Assembly (NCBI RefSeq): GCF_024129715.1
Contig: NZ_JAMXXM010000005.1
Coordinates: forward strand, 133,987 to 157,986
DNA length: 24,000 nt
Direction: 5' to 3'
Origin: Acinetobacter lwoffii
Lineage (GTDB): Bacteria > Pseudomonadota > Gammaproteobacteria > Pseudomonadales > Moraxellaceae
The first letter of the stretch is position 1, and each line of letters begins with the position of its first letter. The position numbers and the translations under genes are program-made. Shown piece after piece: positions 16,976-24,000 of this stretch. The notes beneath the pieces are model-generated. The model ran no database searches. It was not told where the DNA came from and saw nothing but the letters and a program-made list of their open reading frames with translations.

Positions 16976-17926
16976 ATGGAAATTGTTTTAGCCAATCCGC
17001 GTGGTTTTTGTGCTGGTGTAGATCGTGCCATTGCGATCGTGAACCGTGCCCTAGAATGCTTTAACCCACCAATTTATGTGCGGCATGAAGTGGTGCATAA
17101 CAAATTTGTGGTTGATGACCTACGTCAGCGTGGTGCAATTTTTGTCGATGAACTCGACGAAGTTCCTGACGATAATATCGTGATTTTTAGCGCACATGGT
17201 GTTTCTAAAGCGGTACAACAAGAAGCTGAACGTCGTGGTTTAAAGGTTTTTGATGCGACTTGTCCCTTAGTGACTAAAGTACATATTGAAGTCACCAAAT
17301 ATGCCCGTGAAGGTGTAGAGGCTATCTTAATTGGTCATGAAGGTCACCCTGAAGTCGAAGGTACCATGGGGCAATATGACAAAAAAAATGGTGGTGAGAT
17401 TTATCTGGTTGAAGACGAAGAGGACGTTGCTGCACTTACAATACATAATCCTGAAAAAGTCGCTTTTGTCACGCAAACGACTTTATCGATTGACGATACA
17501 GCGAAAGTGATTGATGCTCTTCGCCAGAAATTTCCACTGATTCAAGGCCCACGTAAAGATGATATTTGCTATGCAACGCAGAACCGTCAGGATGCAGTGC
17601 GTGATCTGGCTGAACGCTGTGATGTGGTTCTAGTGGTAGGTTCACCAAACTCTTCAAATTCAAACCGCCTACGTGAGCTGGCTGAGCGTATGGGTAAAGC
17701 GGCTTACCTGGTCGATAATGCTGATGAGCTCAAACAGGAATGGTTTGCAGAAAATGCCCAGATTGGGGTAACAGCAGGAGCATCTGCACCTGAAATTCTG
17801 ATTAAACAGGTCATTCAGCGTTTACAGGATTGGGGTGCACAAGCGCCTAAAGAGTTGGATGGACGAGAAGAGAATATTACATTCAGCCTACCCAAAGAGT
17901 TACGTATTCCTGTAACACAGGCTTAG
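16976..17926 (+). CDS. ispH: 4-hydroxy-3-methylbut-2-enyl diphosphate reductase
   Basis: [19 protein letters not shown] is the canonical IspH/LytB N-terminus. I chose ATG 16976, which has GAGGA at 16967-16971, over the GTG at 16958 in the ORF track. Confidence 0.93.
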   Translation: MEIVLANPRGFCAGVDRAIAIVNRALECFNPPIYVRHEVVHNKFVVDDLRQRGAIFVDELDEVPDDNIVIFSAHGVSKAVQQEAERRGLKVFDATCPLVTKVHIEVTKYAREGVEAILIGHEGHPEVEGTMGQYDKKNGGEIYLVEDEEDVAALTIHNPEKVAFVTQTTLSIDDTAKVIDALRQKFPLIQGPRKDDICYATQNRQDAVRDLAERCDVVLVVGSPNSSNSNRLRELAERMGKAAYLVDNADELKQEWFAENAQIGVTAGASAPEILIKQVIQRLQDWGAQAPKELDGREENITFSLPKELRIPVTQA

Positions 17927-17968
17927 AGTGTTAACTGTTTAACATTCTGTTTTTTAGTTAAAAATAAG

Positions 17969-18003
17969 CAGATAACTGGGAAATGACAGTTATCTGTTTT
18001 TTT
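17969..18003 (+). terminator. Rho-independent terminator after ispH
   Basis: A perfect 10-bp stem, cagataactg (17969-17978) with cagttatctg (17987-17996), encloses an 8-nt loop and is followed by a T7 run. Confidence 0.85.
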
Positions 18004-18086
18004 ATGCCTTTTATCTGCTCTGTGTAGGTTTTGTAACTTTAATGCGTATTATTTTAACTGGGCCAAAGTTTTGCTTGGGGGAGAGT

Positions 18087-18551
18087 ATGCAGAAAAATAA
18101 AGGATTCACTTTAATTGAGCTAATGGTGACGATTGCGGTATTGGCGATTATTGCTGGAATGGCTGCTCCCTCAATGAGTAATACCTTAGAGAAAAGCAGA
18201 TTTCAAAAAAAAGAAAGAGAGCTTGTTTTAATGGTGAATCATGCAAAAAGTCAAGCTATCTTAAAACGCACTGATATCACTTTAAATTTGAATTCCAGCA
18301 TTGCTAATACGGAAACAGCGATGAATTGGGAGAAAGGAGCTAATGTGAATTTAACCATTCAAACCCTAGCTGAAGACCAATCATTAGGAAGTTATTCGGG
18401 AACAAATTTAATATTTAATAAAAATGGTGTGGTTAGCAGCTTAAATCAAGATGCTTTGATTAGTTTATGTAATACAAAGTTGAAAATAAAAAAACAACTT
18501 GTCTTAACCAAGCTGGGTGGTATCTATTCTAAGCTTGAAGGAAGTTGCTGA
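18087..18551 (+). CDS. fimU: Type IV pilus minor pilin, GspH/FimU family
   Basis: The prepilin leader is [38 protein letters not shown] lies upstream of ATG 18087. It is the first gene of the fimU-pilVWXY1 order. Confidence 0.8.
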   Translation: MQKNKGFTLIELMVTIAVLAIIAGMAAPSMSNTLEKSRFQKKERELVLMVNHAKSQAILKRTDITLNLNSSIANTETAMNWEKGANVNLTIQTLAEDQSLGSYSGTNLIFNKNGVVSSLNQDALISLCNTKLKIKKQLVLTKLGGIYSKLEGSC

Positions 18552-19066
18552 TGAAATACATAAGATATCAGGCGGGCGTAGGGATGATTGAGGTTTTGGT
18601 TGCCTTACTTGTGCTTGCTTTGGGGGTGTTGGGATATGTGGCTGTACAATTACGTGCAATAGATGCTTCTGCAGAGGCTTTGACAAAATCACAAGCAATT
18701 TTAGTGATGCGTGGATTAGCAGAAAATATTAGAAGTAATCCAGTTGCAATGTCTACCTATCCAGCTCAAGTCCAATCATATATTGGTTACTCTTCATCAA
18801 CGAGTGAACCTACGACATGTTTAAATTCAGTTTGTACACCTGAGCAAATGGCAACTTATGATGCTTATAGTGCAGCAAAAAATGCTGATCAGTATGGCAT
18901 GAAATTGACGATGGATGATTGCCCGGGTGTAACTACCTCCATGAGTATGCGACGTAAATGTTTATATACATTTTGGGGTAAGACTACTCCAATAATCAGC
19001 AATTGTATGACTACGACAGGAACCTATGTGAGTGGTTCAACCTGCCTGATGATGGAGGTGTATTAA
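18551..19066 (+). CDS. pilV: Type IV pilus minor pilin PilV
   Basis: MKYIRYQAG/VGMIEVLVALLVLALGVLGY matches the PilV-type N-terminus (IEVLVAL..GVLG). The ATG overlaps the fimU stop (TGATG). The ORF-track start at 18545 is a TTG. Confidence 0.8.
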   Translation: MKYIRYQAGVGMIEVLVALLVLALGVLGYVAVQLRAIDASAEALTKSQAILVMRGLAENIRSNPVAMSTYPAQVQSYIGYSSSTSEPTTCLNSVCTPEQMATYDAYSAAKNADQYGMKLTMDDCPGVTTSMSMRRKCLYTFWGKTTPIISNCMTTTGTYVSGSTCLMMEVY

Positions 19067-20113
19067 ATGTTGAAACTAGCTCCTTCATTACAAAAAGGAT
19101 TTACGCTTATTGAGTTAATCGTTGCACTGACTCTGGGTTTGATTCTTGTTGCTACAGCAATTCAATTATTTACTGGTGGCATTATGTCAAGCCAGCTGCA
19201 ACGCGCAAATGCTGAAATTCAGGATAATGGCGTATTTGGTTTGGACTTTATGTTACGTGATATACGTTTATCAAATGTAGGTAATATTAATAATTTAGAG
19301 TTAAATGATCAAACAGCCTATGGTGGTATTGTCCTGACAGCTTCAACAGCTACAAACTCAAATAATGTAAATTTTATTTCTTCTATTGCAGCCAATACGT
19401 ACCTTCCTGATGCATTATTAAGTCGAGGAATGGGGGATACTGTCTCCACAACAGATAACCATTGGAAAGGTTTGTCCAATGTGAAAGATGATATGGGAGT
19501 AGCTCAAAATAGTGATCAGTTAACGATTCAGTTTATTGCGCCTTCAGATATGTTCAACTGTGAGGGGCAGCAGGTCTTTGCTGGTGACTTGGTCGTACAG
19601 CGTTACTTCTTAAGAGTGGATGCGAATGGTACGGGAACGACAGATTTGGCCTTGGCTTGTGATGCGAATACACCAGCAACGACAGCCGCTACTGCTTCTG
19701 CCACACCTTCTACAATCAGTGGTTTGGGAACAGCAGGGCAAATTCTTATTCCTCGCGTGGATCATTTTCATGTTTTATTAAAAGCAAGAGATCATGCTGG
19801 AAATCTTGTTTTATATACGATTCCGCAATATCGAGAGGCTGCAATTCAAGCGCGTAAAGTTGTTACAGCGGATGAGGCAACAGATGAAGATCCAGAAAAA
19901 GCGGCATCAAATCCGCCAAGAATTTTAGCTGTACAAGTATCGGTACTTATTCGTTCGACAAATAATGCGAATAATCCAGTTTTGGATCCTGTAAATGCAA
20001 GCTATGTGATGCTTGATAAAACAATTAAGGCAAGTGATACCACGAATCGTTTCTTGAGAAGGGTATATAACTCAACTATTTCTTTGCGCAATGGTATGGG
20101 AGAAGATTTATGA
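19067..20113 (+). CDS. pilW: Type IV pilus minor pilin PilW
   Basis: The leader is ..[29 protein letters not shown]. The size (348 aa) and the position between pilV and pilX fit PilW. GGAGG lies 8 nt upstream of the ATG. Confidence 0.8.
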   Translation: MLKLAPSLQKGFTLIELIVALTLGLILVATAIQLFTGGIMSSQLQRANAEIQDNGVFGLDFMLRDIRLSNVGNINNLELNDQTAYGGIVLTASTATNSNNVNFISSIAANTYLPDALLSRGMGDTVSTTDNHWKGLSNVKDDMGVAQNSDQLTIQFIAPSDMFNCEGQQVFAGDLVVQRYFLRVDANGTGTTDLALACDANTPATTAATASATPSTISGLGTAGQILIPRVDHFHVLLKARDHAGNLVLYTIPQYREAAIQARKVVTADEATDEDPEKAASNPPRILAVQVSVLIRSTNNANNPVLDPVNASYVMLDKTIKASDTTNRFLRRVYNSTISLRNGMGEDL

Positions 20114-20922
20114 GATATCAATTAGTCAATAAGTCTTTTTCTCAAAGAGGTGCTACTTTAATCGTTGTATTAGTTATCCTTCTTGTGATTACTATAGTCG
20201 GAGTTTTGGCAATTCGGGTGGCGATCGTTTCTTTAGCAGTAGCCACAAATAGCCAAGTTGATCAGCTAAACTTCCAATCTGCCGACACACCCCTAGCACT
20301 TGTTTCTCAAATCAATCCCACTGACTTAACAAATCTGAGTAATGTGATTGGTGCTAGCTTAAGAGAGCATGAGAATAATCCCGGGGCTGAATATGTATTT
20401 TGTTACCAGCCCATCTCAACGACAGCAAAATTTGCTCAAACTAAGGACGCGATTCGTATTCGATTTGATAGTAGTGCTAATAGCATATCTAAAGAAGCTG
20501 GTACAGTTGATGGATTTTGTAATCTAAATAGTGACTTCGGTAGTAAACGCCAAGCTGTTTTAACTCAGGTGGCGGTCAGTGTGCCAATTGATGCAAGTAA
20601 TAATAGACCTGGTGCTAATTTGCCAAGAGGTACAAATGTTTCTGAAGGTACACAACTTCCCAAAAGTATGACATCAGCACAGCGAGTGAGGGTTACGACA
20701 ACCTCAATGCTTCCAGCATATTCGTCAGAAACGACATCTTCTATACAGGAGAGTTGTTTGAGTGCTGCAAACATAAAAATTAGTGATAATTTAGCACCTG
20801 ATTTAAGCTCACAGCAAACAATAGCAGATTGCTTAAAATCTAAAAATGTTCCATTTAATGTGCATGTTCAAGAGTTTAATTATATCAATAAATTGACTGA
20901 AGTAACGGCGCCAGGTGGTTAA
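20110..20922 (+). CDS. pilX: Type IV pilus minor pilin PilX
   Basis: The N-terminus is QRGATLIVVLVILLVITIVGVLAI, the PilX_N type, which lacks Glu5. The start overlaps the pilW stop (ATGA). Confidence 0.75.
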   Translation: MRYQLVNKSFSQRGATLIVVLVILLVITIVGVLAIRVAIVSLAVATNSQVDQLNFQSADTPLALVSQINPTDLTNLSNVIGASLREHENNPGAEYVFCYQPISTTAKFAQTKDAIRIRFDSSANSISKEAGTVDGFCNLNSDFGSKRQAVLTQVAVSVPIDASNNRPGANLPRGTNVSEGTQLPKSMTSAQRVRVTTTSMLPAYSSETTSSIQESCLSAANIKISDNLAPDLSSQQTIADCLKSKNVPFNVHVQEFNYINKLTEVTAPGG

Positions 20923-20939
20923 GGGGGAATTGTGTGAAT

Positions 20940-23900
20940 ATGAAATTATTAAATTTTAAAATAAATAAATTGTGGTATGCCGTTTCTACAAGTTCTTTTG
21001 CACTGACTTGGTTAACGGTTTCGTCAGTAGTCCAAGCTAGTGATCTGCAAATTTATGCCAAGCCCGAAGGTGGTCAAACGACGGTTATACTGATGCTAGA
21101 TAACTCGATGTCTATGACGATGAATAATGATAGCTTGGGACAACACCGTTTAGCTCGATTAAAAGCAGGTGTTCAAGATCTATTAACAAGGGATACGGTA
21201 ACCTTAAATAATGGTACAACAGTGAACTTGGCAGATGCTTATGTAGGCTTAGGATATTTTTCAGACAGCTCAAGTAATAAACATGGGATTATAAAAGTAC
21301 CTGCAGCTCCTTTAGGTGCAGCATCCACCCGAAATACTACAGGTTCGCAGCGGAAAAAATTATCGGACGCAGTAACGGCAATGGATGGTAAAAGTTATAC
21401 GCCATCTGCAAATGCAATGGCTGAGGCAGCGGCTTATTTGTTGGGAACGACAACTTATTGGGAAAATGTATCTTACCCAATAATCCAAAAACAGGTTGCT
21501 CGTTTAACTAGAAAATATAGTGCAAGTGGTAGTGGTAATAGTTCAACAAATCGGACATACACATATACTTATGAATTTGAAACTTGTAACCGATGGGATA
21601 CAACGAACTTTACTACAAATGTTCAACAATGTAATAGATGGGATAGTAAAGTTTCAAGCACGGTTAAAGAAGACTTATATGCAAATAGATCTAGCCCAAC
21701 CTGGAAAAATCAAAACACTATAATTAGTAGATCATATGATGGACCAAATCTATCAACCTACAGTAATCCCAATCGAGATACAGCTCAACCTATACCCTTA
21801 TATATAAATGATAATACTCAACCATATAGTGTACATGCAAACTCAAGCGTCAAGACTAGTGGTATTCTAGATGCAAAAAGTAATAGTTTACTTGTAGAAA
21901 GTACTACAGCAAGTGATATTAATCTACGCTATAAATCACCTTTACCTGCGAATAGCGTCAGTTGTGACGGTCAGGGAATTTACTTTCTGTCAGATGGTTT
22001 GCCCAATCAATCGACTACTAATAGTACATGGCCGTTAATGCAAGCAGCTTTAGAGGATGATACATTTGAGTGTGCAGTAGATATAGACACCCAATCAAAT
22101 AATAGTAATTTACCTAACCCTAATGGAGACAGTAACATAGACAAAGCTGGTTGGCATTGTATGGGGGCATTGGCTAAGCGTTTATATTCAGGTGATAATC
22201 CGAAACGCCGTTCTATTAATACAGCTTTCGTGGGATTTGGTAATGCTTTTAGTAATCCAGCCAGTGGCGGGGCAAAATATGCCTGTCAGCTTGGTTCGAA
22301 ATTGACAGGAGATACTTGTTCTCCAGATGCAACAAATAGCACTTTAAAAAACCCAGCAGAGGGTTTTGGTAATGGTGGTTTTTATTATGTGACTTCAACT
22401 AATGAAATTACACAGAGTATTGCCAGCTTTATTAAAGATAACCAAAATGGTGTGGTTGCACCTTTGGCAACAGGGCAAATTACAGTCCCTTATGATGCCC
22501 TGAATCCAAATATGCTGCAGAATTATGGCTATTTACGTGCTTTAGAACCCAATCCTGCAAGTAATTATGTGACATGGCGTGGGAACTTAAAAAAATATAA
22601 AGTTGTTCAATCTGGTACCACGGCAGGAGCATTTCAAGGTGATTCTGGTGGATTGGTTTTTGATAACTTAGGTAAGTTTAGAACTGGAACTAAAGATTTC
22701 TGGAATAGCAGTAATTATAGTGATGGTGGTACTACGTGGTTAGGCGGTACATACTCAAAAGTTCCTTTACCTATATTGGGGCAAACACAAACAGTGGATG
22801 CAACAGGTAAAGTCACCCGTTATGCTTACAATGCATCTAATAATATTCGTAATATATTTACTGATATTAGTGCCTCTACCTCAACGGCTTTAACTAAGCA
22901 GTCGACTAAAGATATTCCTTTGTTAAGAATTCCAGCAGCTCCAGAAGGAACTAATCCTTTTACTAGTCCTACTAGTACAGCAAATTATGTTTTAGGTAAA
23001 TTTAATTCATCGAGTGGACAGCCAATCCTCAGAGATTTGGCATTAACTATAAAGTTAAAACTGCTAAATTATTTAGGTTATAACGTTGATATCAATACAA
23101 CAGCTTTACCTACAAGTTTAACCACTTCAAATGCACCACATCTTTCGATGGGGGCAAGTATTTATTCTTCGCCAGTTCAGTTAACTTATTCAGGAACCTT
23201 GGATGCAAATGGTAATTTGACCAATGCACGTGACCAAGCAATCTTGTATGGATCTTCCGAAGGGGGATTACATCTTGTTGATGCTTCTTCTGGTGAAGAG
23301 AAAATGGTATTTGTACCTGCCGATATCTTAGAGCATTCAATTGCATCTAAAGGTTTGGTTCCAAATACAATTGATTCAGGAAATGTTCCGACACATGGAG
23401 TAGATGCAACCTGGGTATCTGATGCAGCATACAATTATAATGAAACCACGACAAAAGATGCAGAGGGGAAGGATCAAATCACTTCACAGATTAAAGCTCG
23501 AAAAATGAATATTTATGGTGGCTTACGTATGGGTGGTTCTAGCTATTATGGTTTAGATGTGCTCAACCCAGAATCACCTAAATTTTTATTTAGAATTTAC
23601 CCTGCTAATATTACAGGAAAAGGTGATTATAGCCGTCTGGGGCAGACATGGTCTAAACCTGTATTAGCAAATGTTCGGCATAATGGTCAAATTAAACGGG
23701 CGATGATTGTCGGTGGTGGTTATGACATGTGTTATGAGAATCCTCGCTTCCAACTTAGTGCAACAGTTGATAATACTGAATATCCAAATCTAAATTGCAC
23801 CAATAAACCTGAAGCTCAAGGTAATGCTATATATGTGATTGATGCATCGGATGGAACGCTTATCTGGTCTGCAACTTATAATGCAAGTGCAGCAACTACG

Positions 23901-24000
23901 GATGGTAAAAAATATCTTCGGCATAGTATTGTGAGTCGTATTAGTACATTAGATCGTGATGCTGATGGTTTAGTAGATCATCTTTATTTCGGTGACCTAG
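20940..24000 (+). CDS. pilY1: PilY1-type pilus tip adhesin / biogenesis factor, 3'-truncated by the window end (about 1020 codons present)
   Basis: This ORF is not in the supplied track because no stop is reached. I translated frame 3 by hand from ATG 20940 (GGGGGA upstream) to 24000 and met no stop. It has a signal peptide (..SVVQA/SD) and a vWA-like MIDAS motif DNSMS (21099-21113). The C-terminal propeller region carries the PilY1 calcium-site-like DRDADGLVD (23952-23978). Confidence 0.85.
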   Translation, partial: MKLLNFKINKLWYAVSTSSFALTWLTVSSVVQASDLQIYAKPEGGQTTVILMLDNSMSMTMNNDSLGQHRLARLKAGVQDLLTRDTVTLNNGTTVNLADAYVGLGYFSDSSSNKHGIIKVPAAPLGAASTRNTTGSQRKKLSDAVTAMDGKSYTPSANAMAEAAAYLLGTTTYWENVSYPIIQKQVARLTRKYSASGSGNSSTNRTYTYTYEFETCNRWDTTNFTTNVQQCNRWDSKVSSTVKEDLYANRSSPTWKNQNTIISRSYDGPNLSTYSNPNRDTAQPIPLYINDNTQPYSVHANSSVKTSGILDAKSNSLLVESTTASDINLRYKSPLPANSVSCDGQGIYFLSDGLPNQSTTNSTWPLMQAALEDDTFECAVDIDTQSNNSNLPNPNGDSNIDKAGWHCMGALAKRLYSGDNPKRRSINTAFVGFGNAFSNPASGGAKYACQLGSKLTGDTCSPDATNSTLKNPAEGFGNGGFYYVTSTNEITQSIASFIKDNQNGVVAPLATGQITVPYDALNPNMLQNYGYLRALEPNPASNYVTWRGNLKKYKVVQSGTTAGAFQGDSGGLVFDNLGKFRTGTKDFWNSSNYSDGGTTWLGGTYSKVPLPILGQTQTVDATGKVTRYAYNASNNIRNIFTDISASTSTALTKQSTKDIPLLRIPAAPEGTNPFTSPTSTANYVLGKFNSSSGQPILRDLALTIKLKLLNYLGYNVDINTTALPTSLTTSNAPHLSMGASIYSSPVQLTYSGTLDANGNLTNARDQAILYGSSEGGLHLVDASSGEEKMVFVPADILEHSIASKGLVPNTIDSGNVPTHGVDATWVSDAAYNYNETTTKDAEGKDQITSQIKARKMNIYGGLRMGGSSYYGLDVLNPESPKFLFRIYPANITGKGDYSRLGQTWSKPVLANVRHNGQIKRAMIVGGGYDMCYENPRFQLSATVDNTEYPNLNCTNKPEAQGNAIYVIDASDGTLIWSATYNASAATTDGKKYLRHSIVSRISTLDRDADGLVDHLYFGDL

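Noticed and set aside
18042-18086. An upstream start extending FimU by 15 residues. Similar extended starts are listed for gltD (2524), ispH (16958), bfd (12870), spoT (15661) and pilV (18545).
   Set aside because: The extended starts for gltD, ispH, bfd, spoT and pilV are GTG or TTG codons. I did not see a Shine-Dalgarno sequence at these sites. Internal ATGs with RBSs reproduce the canonical family N-termini.
18551-18600. PilV has Val rather than Phe at the +1 position after the leader Gly (QAG/VGMIEVL).
   Set aside because: Prepilin peptidases tolerate several hydrophobic +1 residues, and I believe this N-terminus is common among Acinetobacter PilV proteins. It is not clearly unusual.
21520-23434. 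Short ORFs listed inside the pilY1 region (21520-21723 on the plus strand, 23110-23346 and 23186-23434 on the minus strand).
   Set aside because: Frame 3 is open across the whole region and encodes recognisable PilY1 features. The short ORFs are out-of-frame or antisense artefacts.

Overview
The window looks like a chromosomal segment of an Acinetobacter/Moraxellaceae-type gammaproteobacterium, judged from gene order and protein motifs only because no database search was possible. It is mostly core genome. In order it carries gltB (5'-truncated) and gltD, a LemA-TPM-TPM membrane module, and a type IV pilin locus (sigma54 promoter, pilA, then two tandem paralogous O-oligosaccharyltransferase genes). 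Next come bfr, a tnpB-only IS200/IS605-family (IS1341-type) element, and bfd with a Fur-box promoter. These are followed by ridA, spoT, rpoZ and gmk on the minus strand, ispH, and the minor-pilin operon fimU-pilV-pilW-pilX-pilY1, with pilY1 running off the 3' end. I saw no rRNA, tRNA or CRISPR array. I found no clearly new multi-gene system. The best candidates for a second look are: (1) the solo TnpB RNA-guided-nuclease-like gene between bfd and bfr, which has Gly at the canonical RuvC-II glutamate position and structured RNA potential at its 3' end; (2) the pilA-tfpO-pglL glycosylation cassette, where PilA ends in Ser, the first transferase gene is strikingly AT-rich, and a near-identical nucleotide patch is shared by the paralogues; (3) a SpoT whose synthetase motifs look degenerate; (4) the uncharacterised LemA-TPM-TPM module. 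All coordinates and motif calls come from manual reading. Mobile-element ends and all RNA and regulatory calls are approximate.
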